Source: Cellulosilyticum sp.
GTDB lineage: Bacteria > Bacillota > Clostridia > Lachnospirales > Cellulosilyticaceae
Reading direction: 5' to 3'
Assembly: GCA_017421915.1 (NCBI GenBank)
Contig: JAFOHG010000006.1
Span: 1 to 62,253, forward strand
DNA length: 62,253 nucleotides
Every line of letters begins with the position of its first letter. Position 1 is the first letter of the stretch. The notes below the pieces were generated by a model. That model was not told the origin of the DNA. It saw nothing but the letters and a program-made list of their open reading frames with translations, and did not search any database. Both the position numbers and the translations under genes were made by a program. Below, piece after piece: positions 51,463 through 62,252 of this stretch.

Positions 51463-52659
51463 CTACTTTTCCTCACTTAGAAACAATTCTGGTATAAAAC
51501 GTATTAATAATAGTCTAATAAAAGCAGCCACTGGTACTGCAATAAGCATCCCAACGAGTCCAAATAAATTACCACCAATTAAAATAGCCAATAAAACAAC
51601 AATAGGATGTAACTTGACACACTCTCCTACAATCTTAGGTACAATAAACCATCCATCAATTTGTTGAATAACAAGGATTGCTAGTGCACCATATAAAGCT
51701 TTCATCGGATTGGAATCTAGTAATCCAATAATAATAGATAATACTAATCCTACAATAGGTCCAAAATAAGGGATTAGGTTAAAAATCCCCGCAACAATGC
51801 CAATAATAATAGCAAAATCTAGCCTTATCAATAGTAATGCCCCACTCGTTAAAATGACAATAATTGTTGCATCAATCACCTGACCTCTAATATATCCTGA
51901 TAAAATACGATCTACTTCTCTTCCTAAATCTCTTAACTTTAAATAACGTTCTTGTTTAAAACTATATTTTAATACACGTTGTAAAAAGGATAAAAAGTGT
52001 TCTTTATCTTGTAGTAAATAAAATGCAATTACACATGCTAAAAGCCAATTCATTGCATGCACACCAAAGCCTAAAATACCACCTGTAAAATTATTATAAA
52101 GATAAAAAATTAGGCGATTCACTTCTGCATAAAGTCGTTCAATTACTCCTTGCCCTTTAACAAGCCCCATTCTTTCTGTAAACTTAGTAATGCCACTCAT
52201 CATATCTTCAAAATAAACAACATATTGAGTAAGACTATTTTCTAGTTCATCTATTGAAAAATCTATTGCGAGTTGTTGAATATTCATTTGAATCATTAAA
52301 ATAAATAATCCCATTATACTCATTAAAGTTATAAATGTTAAAAGCGTTGGCACCGTCCTTACATGCCAACGCTTTTTTCCTTTTCTTTGCTGGCACCCTT
52401 CTAAATGAACTTCTCTTTTTTCCCTTATACTCTGCCATCGCTTTTCATAGAAATCCACAATTGGATCTAATAAATAAGCTAAAATCAAACCAATAAGTAA
52501 TGGTTCAATAATAACATATATAAGTTCTATCACCTCTTTTAACCACTGCCATACTAATCTAAAGTTTAAAAGAATAAAAACACCTACTAATACAATTAAA
52601 CAACTTATAACCGTATAAGCAGCTATGTTAAAATAGCGATTGTTTTTTTGAAGTTTCAC
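51463..52659 (-). CDS. AI-2E (PerM) family transporter
   Basis: LAYLLDP, GYIRGQ, NLIPYFGP, QQIDG, PKIVG...LHP. Confidence 0.92.
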   Translation of the reverse strand: MKLQKNNRYFNIAAYTVISCLIVLVGVFILLNFRLVWQWLKEVIELIYVIIEPLLIGLILAYLLDPIVDFYEKRWQSIREKREVHLEGCQQRKGKKRWHVRTVPTLLTFITLMSIMGLFILMIQMNIQQLAIDFSIDELENSLTQYVVYFEDMMSGITKFTERMGLVKGQGVIERLYAEVNRLIFYLYNNFTGGILGFGVHAMNWLLACVIAFYLLQDKEHFLSFLQRVLKYSFKQERYLKLRDLGREVDRILSGYIRGQVIDATIIVILTSGALLLIRLDFAIIIGIVAGIFNLIPYFGPIVGLVLSIIIGLLDSNPMKALYGALAILVIQQIDGWFIVPKIVGECVKLHPIVVLLAILIGGNLFGLVGMLIAVPVAAFIRLLLIRFIPELFLSEEK

Positions 52660-52679
52660 TTTGGCACCCTCCTAGTTTT

Positions 52680-54140
52680 TTAATATGAAACTAGGTTTTC
52701 CAAAAGTTGTAAAACATATTCGTAAATTCTTCCAGTTGAAGAAATACTTAATCGTTCTTCTGGTGAATGGATATGTTCTAAGTCTGGTCCAATAGAAAGC
52801 ATATCTAATCCTGGACATTTTTCTGCAATGAAGCCACATTCAAGTCCTGCATGAATAGCTGTTACTTTTGGAGTCTTACCATACATTTTTTCAAATAGTT
52901 CTACAGCTAATTCGCGAATACGTGAATGATTATTGTATTGCCATGCAGGATAATCTCCTTTTACTTCATAAACCATTCCAAATGTATTGGCTACTGCTTT
53001 TAGTCTTGCTAAAATTTCTGCTTTGCGAGAAGCTACAGAACTTCTTACTGCACTTGCAAAACGGATTTTATCTTCTTCCATTTGTAAAATACCTAAGTTT
53101 AGTGATGTCTCTACAAGACCTTCAATGTGTTGTGCATTTCCCATCACACCATTTGGTACAACTAGTAAATAATCAATTAACTTATTAGCAGCTTGTGCAT
53201 CTATAGCCATTTCACTACATTCTACATTTTCACAAATTACAGTAATTCCTGAATCTTGCACTTCATATTCTGCTTTAAAAATACTTTCCATTTCTTTTAA
53301 TACTGCTTGAACTTGCTCTTGCTTTTCAGTTTGTGTAGCAATCCAAACTTCACATTCACGAGTGATTACATTATCTTTTGCACCACCCTCAATTTTTAAA
53401 ATTTGGAAAGTTACTTGTTCTCTTAAAGCATCTAAAGCTCTACCCATTAAAATATGTGCATTGGCTCTCTCATGATGAATTTCTGCTCCTGAGTGGCCAC
53501 CTTTTAACCCATTAATTGTTACTTTAGTCACAGTTGAATCTGCTTTAACAGGTTCTTTAGTAAAGCTTAAAGTAGAATAAGCTTTAGCACCACCTGCACA
53601 ACTTACAATGAACTCACCTTCTACTTCATTATCAATATTAATGAGTATTTTTCCTTGTAAGTATTCAGGACACATATTTGCTACACCTGTCATACCGCGT
53701 TCCTCATCAGTTGTCATAAAACATTCTAGCGCAGGATGTTTAAGACTATTATCTGAAAGTATCGCCATTTGAATTGCTATAGCAACACCATCATCTCCAC
53801 CAAGCGTTGTCCCTTTAGCACCAATCCAATCTCCATCAACAAAAAGCTTTAATCCATCTTTTTCAAAATCATGCACAGTATCTTTATTTTTTTCACATAC
53901 CATATCCATATGGCCTTGTAAAATAACAGCTGGTAAATGTTCATATCCTGGTGATGCAGGTTTTTTGATATAAATATTATAAGCTTCATCTTGATGAACT
54001 TCTAAACCAAGATTTTTTGCAAATTGAACCATATAATTACTGATGGCTTTTTCATTTCCAGAACCTCTTGGAATGGCACTAATTGCTTCAAAATATTCAA
54101 ATACCTTTCTTGGTTGTAAGTCTTTTAACACGTCTGACAT
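52680..54140 (-). CDS. pepD: Aminoacyl-histidine dipeptidase PepD (M20)
   Basis: IPRGSGNE, QGHMDMVCEK, GTTLGGDDG, DEERG, HAGLECG, IHSPEE. Confidence 0.95.
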   Translation of the reverse strand: MSDVLKDLQPRKVFEYFEAISAIPRGSGNEKAISNYMVQFAKNLGLEVHQDEAYNIYIKKPASPGYEHLPAVILQGHMDMVCEKNKDTVHDFEKDGLKLFVDGDWIGAKGTTLGGDDGVAIAIQMAILSDNSLKHPALECFMTTDEERGMTGVANMCPEYLQGKILINIDNEVEGEFIVSCAGGAKAYSTLSFTKEPVKADSTVTKVTINGLKGGHSGAEIHHERANAHILMGRALDALREQVTFQILKIEGGAKDNVITRECEVWIATQTEKQEQVQAVLKEMESIFKAEYEVQDSGITVICENVECSEMAIDAQAANKLIDYLLVVPNGVMGNAQHIEGLVETSLNLGILQMEEDKIRFASAVRSSVASRKAEILARLKAVANTFGMVYEVKGDYPAWQYNNHSRIRELAVELFEKMYGKTPKVTAIHAGLECGFIAEKCPGLDMLSIGPDLEHIHSPEERLSISSTGRIYEYVLQLLENLVSY

Positions 54141-54172
54141 AAATGTAAATCTCCTTTTACTTAAATAAAACT

Positions 54173-55537
54173 TTAATTTTTAAAACTATGAATTGGAGCT
54201 GGAATTCTTCCACCTCTATTAATAAAATCTACGCATTGATATGGATTAACTGGCATAATTGGTGCATAACCAAGTAATCCACCAAATTCAACACTTTCTC
54301 CTACTTTCTTGCCAATTGCAGGAATAATACGTACAGCTGTTGTTTTTGCATTGATCATACCTATAGCCATTTCATCTGCAATGATTCCAGAAATCGTTGC
54401 AGCACTTGTATCGCCTGGAATTGCAATCATATCTAATCCTACTGAACAAACACAAGTCATTGCTTCTAATTTTTCTAAAGTAAGTGCACCTTTTTCAGCT
54501 GCACGAATCATGGCATGGTCTTCGCTTACTGGAATAAAAGCACCGCTTAATCCACCTACGCAAGATGATGCCATAACACCACCCTTTTTAACAGAATCAT
54601 TTAAAATGGCAAGTGCTGCTGTTGTACCTGGTGCTCCAGCACTTTCTAGACCCATTTCCTCAAAAATTTCTGCAATACTATCGCCTACAGCTGGTGTAGG
54701 AGCTAATGATAAATCAATAATACCAAATGGTACATCCAACATAGCAGAAGCTTCTCTTGCTACCATTTGTCCTGCACGTGTAATTTTAAACGCTGTACGT
54801 TTAACTTGTTCACAAAGGGCTTCAAAATCCTTTCCTCTTACATCTTCTAATGCTTTCTTAACAACTCCAGGACCACTAACCCCTACATTAATAACTGCAT
54901 CCTTTTCACCTACACCATGAAAAGCACCTGCCATAAATGGGTTGTCCTCTGGCGCATTACAAAATACAACAAACTTAGCACATCCAATGCTTGAACGGTC
55001 GCCTGTGCGCTCTGCTGTAAGTTTTATAATTTCTCCAATACGTTTTACAGCATCCATATTAATTCCTGTACGTGTAGAACCTACATTTACAGATGAACAA
55101 ACATTTTGCGTTACATCTAATGCTTCTGGAATAGATTCTATAAGCACATTATCTGCATTTGAGCAACCTTTATGCACAAGGGCAGAAAACCCACCAATGA
55201 AGTTAACGCCTACTGTTTGTGCAGCACGATCTAATGCTTTTGCAATTGGAACATAAGATGATGCACCTGTTGCTCCCCCCACTAAGGCAATTGGTGTAAC
55301 AGAAATACGTTTATTAACAATTGGAATACCGTACTTTTTAGAAATAATCTCACCTGTTTCTACAAGCTTTTCTGCTCTAAAAGTAATACGGTCGTAAATT
55401 TTATCGCAAAGTTTATTCATATCTTCACAAGCACAATCTAAAAGATTAATCCCCATTGTAATCGTACGAATATCTAGATTTTCCTCGCGAATCATTTTAT
55501 TCGTTTCTTGTACTTCATATCTTGAAATCATGATCAT
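54173..55537 (-). CDS. UPF0210/DUF711 (PFL-like fold) protein
   Basis: [43 protein letters not shown]. Confidence 0.92.
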   Translation of the reverse strand: MIMISRYEVQETNKMIREENLDIRTITMGINLLDCACEDMNKLCDKIYDRITFRAEKLVETGEIISKKYGIPIVNKRISVTPIALVGGATGASSYVPIAKALDRAAQTVGVNFIGGFSALVHKGCSNADNVLIESIPEALDVTQNVCSSVNVGSTRTGINMDAVKRIGEIIKLTAERTGDRSSIGCAKFVVFCNAPEDNPFMAGAFHGVGEKDAVINVGVSGPGVVKKALEDVRGKDFEALCEQVKRTAFKITRAGQMVAREASAMLDVPFGIIDLSLAPTPAVGDSIAEIFEEMGLESAGAPGTTAALAILNDSVKKGGVMASSCVGGLSGAFIPVSEDHAMIRAAEKGALTLEKLEAMTCVCSVGLDMIAIPGDTSAATISGIIADEMAIGMINAKTTAVRIIPAIGKKVGESVEFGGLLGYAPIMPVNPYQCVDFINRGGRIPAPIHSFKN

Positions 55538-55598
55538 TATCCTCCCTATGTATGTTCACGTCTACTCACTCATAGTTTTACTTTCTATAACATTCTAA

Positions 55599-55868
55599 TT
55601 ATATTCTATGCATGTTATCAAAAATATCTTGGTGTTGAAGGCGAATATCTACTCCAATTTCTTGTCCTAGCTTAGATATACGATCCACAATGTCAACAAA
55701 GTTATTTTGTGTACTTCCAAGGTCTACAATCATCATCATATTAAAATACCCCTGTACGATTGTTTGAGAAATATCTAAAATATTAATATTTTCCTCACTT
55801 AAAAAAGTACACACCTTTGCAATAATACCTACTTTATCTTTTCCTACTACTGTAATAATACCCTTCAT
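55599..55868 (-). CDS. Stand-alone ACT domain protein (UPF0237)
   Basis: ITVVGKDKVGIIA, NILDISQTI, IFDNMHRI; usual DUF711 partner. Confidence 0.92.
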   Translation of the reverse strand: MKGIITVVGKDKVGIIAKVCTFLSEENINILDISQTIVQGYFNMMMIVDLGSTQNNFVDIVDRISKLGQEIGVDIRLQHQDIFDNMHRI

Positions 55869-55886
55869 ATCTATTCTCCTTTCAAT

Positions 55887-57986
55887 CTATTTTTTCCAAT
55901 AGATTTCTAATATATCCCCATCATGCAAAACATCAATTAACGTAGTACTTTCCCCATTTTTAATGAGTTGAATCGTACCTTGTGGCTTAGATAAGTCAAA
56001 TTCAATATAATCAAAAATGCTAGCTAAAATGTACTCACTTTCTTTTTTAGGTAAAATAATATTTTTACCATTAACCATAATATAAAGATTCTCATCTAAT
56101 ATGGCTGGCTCATGAATTTCTACTTGACTTATTTCTTCTACTTCTTTATCCACTAGTTCATTTGTTTGATGCGCTGTTGTTTCTTCTGATTGAACTTCTT
56201 CTAATTGAACTTCTTCTTTCTCCATACTTTCTACTGATTGCTCTTTTACTGGAATAATATCAATTAGTAAAGTATCTCCATCTTGTAAACTATAACCTGC
56301 ATCCAATGTTTTAAAATCTTTAGTAATACACTTGTTTGCCATAGAAATATCCAAAGCAGATAATAAGGCTTCTAACGTATGTATAGCTACTACTTCTACT
56401 GTATCATTGGCTAAAATCTTATAGTCTCTATTTACCCATCTATCATTTACCCTAATAAAAGGTAACTCATAAGATTGGTCTTCTAGCTTAATCGTTTTTT
56501 CTACATCTACAAGATTTCCAATTGTCACCTCAGGTGTTACGCCATGAGTTGCAAGTTCAACCTGTATGTCATCTCCATCTTTAATGTGTTCTTGAATGGA
56601 TGCTTCCTGCCCATTTAATAAAATACTTGCAGGTACCCCATTATCTCCTTTAATGCGTTGACGTTCGCCATTCATTTTAAACATTAATGTATTTCCTTTC
56701 TTAGGGAAAATAGCACTATGTTCTATGCCAACAGCTATGATAGCATCTAAAATAGTCAGCTTTTTAGCATTAAGGAGCTGAACCTTTTTTCCATTAACTT
56801 TTACAAAAGTAAATTGACTAAACTTATCTTGTATCATTGTCATACAGATACCAAGAGGTGTAATCATCTCTGGACTATTCATCATTCCAGCCTCGTCTTT
56901 AAATTTCACAAGATGTTCTGTACTTCTTAAAGCAACACGTTCCTCTGCTAATCCTAAGTGCTTAGCTAATCTTTTCGTTACTTCAAACATTTGGCTTCCA
57001 CCACCTACACAAAAGACAGCATTAGGGGCAACATCTCCATTTAATTTCAATATACGCTCCGCAATTTGACAAGTCATTGTTTCAATAATAGGTAAAATGA
57101 CTTCGCCTAACTCTTGCTTGGTAATACTATGTGAAATACCAATAATATCTGTAAACTCAATCGTTTCTTTTTCTGTAGCCTGCTTTTTAATAGACTCTGC
57201 CATATTAAAATCTACTAGATATTTATGTACGATGGCTTCTGTTACCTCATCTCCTGCATTAGGAATCATTCCATATGCTACTACACTACCTTCCTTGGTC
57301 ATAGCAATATCAGATGTTCCTGCTCCAATATCTACTAAAGCTAAATTTAAAAGTCTAATTTGTTCAGGTATAACGGCATTAATAGCTGCAATTGGCTCTA
57401 GTGTTAAATGACTAACTGTTAGCTCTGCACGCTCTGTAACAGAATATAGACTATCAATAACCTGTTTAGGTAAGAACGTAGCAATCAGCCTTGCTTTAAT
57501 TTGATGTCCCTTATGCCCTTCTAAATTTGCCATTACATAATCTTCTAGATAATATTGAACAACAGAATAAGCAACGCAATAATAATCCGTTTCTGTACTC
57601 ATTTCTTGCTGTTTTAACTTGGCTTTTTCAACACCTTCTAATTCTAAATGATGAATATCTGCTAGAGTTACCTCATGAACTTCATCAAACTCTTGTACGA
57701 TTTCTACCATTTGCGTACTAAGTGAACGCCCCGCAGCTGCAATAGCTACTTCTTCCAAGATTATATCCAATCTTTTTTCAAGGGCAAGTTTAACTTCATA
57801 AACCACTCTAGCTACTTTTTGAATATCATGGATTTGACCATCCATCATGGCTCTTTCTTCATGTGCCCTGCATTCATAATCGACAAGGATAAATTGATCC
57901 CCGTCTCTATAACCTACTACACCAACAACTGTTCGTGTGCCAATATCTAATCCAAAACACAGTGTTTCTTTCAAATACGCTTTCAC
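55887..57986 (-). CDS. FtsA-like actin-fold ATPase with C-terminal ThiS/MoaD-like repeats
   Basis: GLDIGTRTV, LEPIAA, VDIGAGTSD, VGGGS; repeated (V/L)NG...DGD motifs in the C-terminal half. Confidence 0.8.
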   Translation of the reverse strand: MKAYLKETLCFGLDIGTRTVVGVVGYRDGDQFILVDYECRAHEERAMMDGQIHDIQKVARVVYEVKLALEKRLDIILEEVAIAAAGRSLSTQMVEIVQEFDEVHEVTLADIHHLELEGVEKAKLKQQEMSTETDYYCVAYSVVQYYLEDYVMANLEGHKGHQIKARLIATFLPKQVIDSLYSVTERAELTVSHLTLEPIAAINAVIPEQIRLLNLALVDIGAGTSDIAMTKEGSVVAYGMIPNAGDEVTEAIVHKYLVDFNMAESIKKQATEKETIEFTDIIGISHSITKQELGEVILPIIETMTCQIAERILKLNGDVAPNAVFCVGGGSQMFEVTKRLAKHLGLAEERVALRSTEHLVKFKDEAGMMNSPEMITPLGICMTMIQDKFSQFTFVKVNGKKVQLLNAKKLTILDAIIAVGIEHSAIFPKKGNTLMFKMNGERQRIKGDNGVPASILLNGQEASIQEHIKDGDDIQVELATHGVTPEVTIGNLVDVEKTIKLEDQSYELPFIRVNDRWVNRDYKILANDTVEVVAIHTLEALLSALDISMANKCITKDFKTLDAGYSLQDGDTLLIDIIPVKEQSVESMEKEEVQLEEVQSEETTAHQTNELVDKEVEEISQVEIHEPAILDENLYIMVNGKNIILPKKESEYILASIFDYIEFDLSKPQGTIQLIKNGESTTLIDVLHDGDILEIYWKK

Positions 57987-58882
57987 TTATACATCCCCTT
58001 TAAAATTTTCTTCATCTCCTTTGCATAGGCACTAGGTTCTACTGAAAGAATGTGACAGCCTGTGGCAATTTCAAACCCTGCAATATGTCCCATTCGCATA
58101 ACAAGTTGTACATAAAAGTGATAGTTATAGTTTCCTTTTACATCTCCACTCATCATACAAATATTAAAATCATAGTGTGGATTAATCTGATGATATATTT
58201 GTAACAAATACTTGATTAATTTCCCTAGTTGTTTTACCTCTTCTGATGAAAGTTCACCATAGTGCTGATAATGCTTCCTTGGTATAATCCAAACCTCATA
58301 TGGAAATCGAGGTATTGGTGGCACCCAAATTTCAAAAGCTGAATCTGCATATACTATAAATCCTTCCTTATAGTGTAAATCACTACACAAATAGCAAAGC
58401 CCCTCTTGCTCATATGCTCCATATTTCATTTGCATACTATACGGTACTTCTTCTAATGCAAGAATCTGCCAATGAGAATGACTAATACTTGCACCTGCTA
58501 ATATACCATAATTTTTAAAGACTTGTATAAACTGAATTTTAGGATTTTGCATTAATTCATGCCATCTTTTTTGAATACACATTAAAAGCACTTCCCAATG
58601 TGAAAAAGTAAAATCCTTTGGATGTAATGTATGATGCTGTGTATCAATCACTACATCATGTGCTCCTTTTGCTTTTTCTTTGGATGTAATAGGATAACGA
58701 TTTGGAACAATACGTACCAAAAGTTCATCCCCTTCCCAACTCTCATCAAGAATACTCTCTAAACATTCTTTATTAGCTAAACAAAAGGGACATGAAGAAT
58801 CCTTCTCGGTAATAAATGGACGTGCATCTCGCTTAGGTGCCATTATTGATGTTTGATTAAACAATTCCTGAAATATTTTCAT
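57983..58882 (-). CDS. GalT-like (HIT superfamily) nucleotidyltransferase
   Basis: CPFC, VPNRYP, FKNYG..AGASISHSHWQ (HxHxQ), CYLC, GFEIATG. Confidence 0.85.
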   Translation of the reverse strand: MKIFQELFNQTSIMAPKRDARPFITEKDSSCPFCLANKECLESILDESWEGDELLVRIVPNRYPITSKEKAKGAHDVVIDTQHHTLHPKDFTFSHWEVLLMCIQKRWHELMQNPKIQFIQVFKNYGILAGASISHSHWQILALEEVPYSMQMKYGAYEQEGLCYLCSDLHYKEGFIVYADSAFEIWVPPIPRFPYEVWIIPRKHYQHYGELSSEEVKQLGKLIKYLLQIYHQINPHYDFNICMMSGDVKGNYNYHFYVQLVMRMGHIAGFEIATGCHILSVEPSAYAKEMKKILKGMYK

Positions 58883-58950
58883 ATCCCTCTCGCCTTTCTT
58901 TTTTTATCATTTTACACTATTACCCCCTAAAATAAAAGTAATAATGTGCA

Positions 58951-58991
58951 TAAAAATAAAAGACAGGGTATTTCCCTGTCTTTTATTTTTA
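58951..58991 (-). terminator. Terminator of the polA-coaE-SBP unit
   Basis: taaaaataaaagacaggg-tattt-ccctgtcttttattttta. Confidence 0.88.
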
Positions 58992-59015
58992 CTAAAGTAT
59001 ATTTTAAAACCGCTG

Positions 59016-60641
59016 TTAGGATATTGTCCACTCTTGTACATTAGCAAATATATTAAGTGGTGTAGCCCCAATATTTCCACCTACTTTATCTTTCATCATG
59101 AGTACAGATTTTTTAAAGTATAAACTGATATAAGGCGATACCTGTGAAAAATAATCTTGTAACTTATAATATGCATCATAGATTCCCTCATGAGATGCTA
59201 AAAATGCTTGTTGTAACAATTCATCCATTTTAGGATCTTGATAACTAATATAATTTTCACCACCTAATATATTAGACGAACGAAAAGCAAAACTCAAATC
59301 TAATGCATAAGAAAGTTGCCAACCACCTAAGAATGCGTCAAATTGCTTTGAAACTAAGCGGTCTAAATACGTTTCTTTATCTACTGCATCAATTTTCATT
59401 TCAATACCTACTTCTGCATACATTTTCTGCATTTCTTTGGCAACTTTAAGACGGTCTGTATTTTCCTCATTAACCATTAACGTAAATGAGAATGGTACAC
59501 CACCTTTCATCATATAGCCTGTCACATCATCTGGTTCATAGTCTTCTTCTGCCAATAAATAACGTGCCTTTTCTTTATCTTATCCTTTAATCTCTAGATT
59601 CTTATTATATAAATACGAAACAGGGCTAATTGGTGTATCTGTAATAATAGCATGCTCTAAATAATATAATCTTACGATTTCTTCTCTGTTTAAGGCATAA
59701 ATTAACGCATTTCTAACTTCTGCACTTTGGAAAAGCGGCTTATTAAAATTTACACCCATAAACTCATAAATAGGTGCAACCATTTCATAAGGTTGGCTAG
59801 ATTCACTATTTGTATACTTTCCCCATTCTGTTTCTGTGGTATAAACCATATCAATAAGGCCCTGTTTAAATGAATACAAACCACTTACTTCATCTGGAAT
59901 GAAGTTAATTTGAATCTTTTCAATGTTAGGTTTACCCTTAAAATAATTTGGATTAGCCTTTAAATGAATTGCTTCTAATGGTGTAGTACTTTCATAAATA
60001 TAAGGCCCAGAGCCAATTGGTGTAATGTTCATTGAATCACTATGCTCTGTGTTATAAATGTGCTTAGGAATAACAGGGAAAAATAATGTTTGTAATACAC
60101 CACTAAACCCTTGTTTGTAAATAATCTTAAAAGTTGTGCTATCTATCTTTTCAACTGTCTGCATATTGTCAGTGGCTTGCTTATATGGACAATCTGGAAT
60201 AGTAGCGATCTGCTCAAGTGTAAAAATAACATCATCACTTGTAAGAGGTTGTCCATCATGCCATGTTAATCCTTGTTTTAAAGTAATGGTTACAGCTGTT
60301 TGTTGCGGACTAACCACCCAAGACTGTGCCAAATTTTCACTAATTGTTCCATCCTGCTCAATATTAATAAGCGGACTAAATATAAGATATAATGCTTGTT
60401 GAACGTTTGCCTGTGTATTATAAAGTGGATTAAGTGTTTTAGTGGTATTCATCGCAATAACAAGTTGAGATGATTGATTGGAAAGTACTTGATCCTCCTG
60501 AATAATACTTTCTTCTTGTTGTTCCTGATTTTCTACTATATCTATTGTTTCTTCCGGTGTTTGTTGTTGCTCTCTTAAGCCGCATCCTGTAACACCTAAA
60601 AGTAATAAGCCAAGTAGCATAAGCTTCTTAAGCCTCTTCAT
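59016..60641 (-). pseudogene. Family-5 ABC solute-binding lipoprotein interrupted by an in-frame TAA at 59580-59582
   Basis: Lipobox GVTGC; TLNPL, LAQSW, WHDGQPLTSDDVIFT, IGSGPY, VRNALIYALNR; both ORFs share one frame across KG*DKEKARYLLAEE. Confidence 0.85.
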
Positions 60642-60669
60642 TCATCTTCCTCCTTAACCCAAAAGCTCT

Positions 60670-61269
60670 TTATTCATCTATTTTCTCTAAAAATGCTTTT
60701 ATCTGTAACTTTGTGTGCTCTAACGATACACTGTTATCAATCACATAATCTGCTGCTCCTTTAAGTTCTTCCCATTCTTTCTGTGCTTTAAACCTTTTTA
60801 AAATTTGTTCTGGTTCTAAACCTTCACGAGCAATCACCCTTTTAAGTCGCACATCTGGATCTGCATAAACAGCCACCACTAAATCTGTTAAATCTACCAA
60901 TCCGCTTTCTAAAAGTAAGGCAGCTTCTAGAATAATATGTTGTCCTGGTGCCTTGTTTCTAGCTTCTATAATATACTCTTTAACACGTTTCGTAATCAGT
61001 GGATGTGTGATTTCATTTAAACGTCTAACACTTTCTTCATTCCCAAATACAAGTTGTCCTAACTTTTTACGTACAATTTCTCCTTGTGAATCTAAAATGC
61101 TTTCTCCAAATGTTTCTAAAATAGGCAGATAAGCAGGTTGTCCTTTTAATAAAATCTCATGTCCTATTAAGTCTGCTGAAATATATGAAACAGGTTGCAC
61201 TTCATTTAAAAGTGCAATCACTGTTGATTTACCTGCTCCCATTCCCCCTACAATTCCAATAATCTTCAT
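60670..61269 (-). CDS. coaE: Dephospho-CoA kinase
   Basis: IGIVGGMGAGKSTV, ADLIGH, LNEITHP, ADYVIDN; follows polA. Confidence 0.95.
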   Translation of the reverse strand: MKIIGIVGGMGAGKSTVIALLNEVQPVSYISADLIGHEILLKGQPAYLPILETFGESILDSQGEIVRKKLGQLVFGNEESVRRLNEITHPLITKRVKEYIIEARNKAPGQHIILEAALLLESGLVDLTDLVVAVYADPDVRLKRVIAREGLEPEQILKRFKAQKEWEELKGAADYVIDNSVSLEHTKLQIKAFLEKIDE

Positions 61270-61280
61270 AAGCTATTCTC

Positions 61281-62252
61281 CTATTTAACTTCTAACCAAT
61301 TTTCCCCTTGATGAACATCTACATGTAATGGCACACTAAATTCTCCCACTTGTTCCATCTCATCTTTTAATAATTTTTTTACTATATCAATTTCTTCACG
61401 ATGTGTTTCAATTAAAAGTTCATCATGTACTGTTAGAATTAATTTAGAACGTAAAGATAATTTTTTAAGTTTACCATGTACTCTAATCATTGCAATCTTA
61501 ATAATATCTGCTGCTGTTCCTTGAATTGGGGTATTCATTGCCACACGCTTACCAAACTCTCTAAGATTATAATTACTTGCTAAGATTTCAGGTATTTCTC
61601 TTTTTCTATGATAAAGTGTTTCTACATAACCATGTTCCATGGCATAACTAATTGTATTTTCAATATAATCTTTGATTTGTGGATATTTTTCAAAATACCC
61701 ATCAATATAACGCTGTGCTTCCTTTTGAGAAATTTTTAGATCTTCTGATAATGCAAAAGCACTAATACCATATACAATTCCAAAGTTAACTGCTTTTGCA
61801 TTACTACGTTGTAATGGCGAAACTTCCTCAAATGGTACATGGAAAACTTGTGATGCAGTTAGAGCATGAATATCCATTCCGTGTTTAAAAGCATCAATTA
61901 ATGTTTGATCTTGTGCAATATGTGCCAATAAACGTAATTCAATTTGTGAATAATCTCCATCTAAGAAAACATATTCGGATGAAGAAGGAATAAATAAACT
62001 TCTTATTTTTTTACCCATTTCAAATTTAACAGGAATATTTTGCAAATTAGGTTCTGTACTACTTAATCGCCCTGTAGCTGTAATGGTTTGATTAAAAGTA
62101 GAGTGGATCTTATTTTGATTTGTCATTACAGCTAATAACCCATCTACATAAGTTGATTTTAATTTCGCATACTGACGATATTCTAAAATCTTATCTACAA
62201 TTGGATAGTCTTTACTTAAGATTTGAAGTACTTCTGCTGCTGTAGAATATCC
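61281..62252 (-). CDS. polA: DNA polymerase I, C-terminal polymerase domain (5' end beyond the window)
   Basis: Frame open to the edge (GYSTAAEVL...KLKSTYVDGL); TGRLSSTEPNLQNIP, DYSQIELRLLAH, AKAVNFGIVYG, VHDEL. Confidence 0.98.
   Translation of the reverse strand, partial: GYSTAAEVLQILSKDYPIVDKILEYRQYAKLKSTYVDGLLAVMTNQNKIHSTFNQTITATGRLSSTEPNLQNIPVKFEMGKKIRSLFIPSSSEYVFLDGDYSQIELRLLAHIAQDQTLIDAFKHGMDIHALTASQVFHVPFEEVSPLQRSNAKAVNFGIVYGISAFALSEDLKISQKEAQRYIDGYFEKYPQIKDYIENTISYAMEHGYVETLYHRKREIPEILASNYNLREFGKRVAMNTPIQGTAADIIKIAMIRVHGKLKKLSLRSKLILTVHDELLIETHREEIDIVKKLLKDEMEQVGEFSVPLHVDVHQGENWLEVK

Noticed and set aside
54309-55256. Long plus-strand ORFs (203 aa and 104 aa) opposite the DUF711 gene
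   Set aside because: Antisense shadows of a biased-codon gene; no RBS or recognisable motifs. The same applies to shadow ORFs opposite lepA, obgE, minD, mreB, rnf and glgX.
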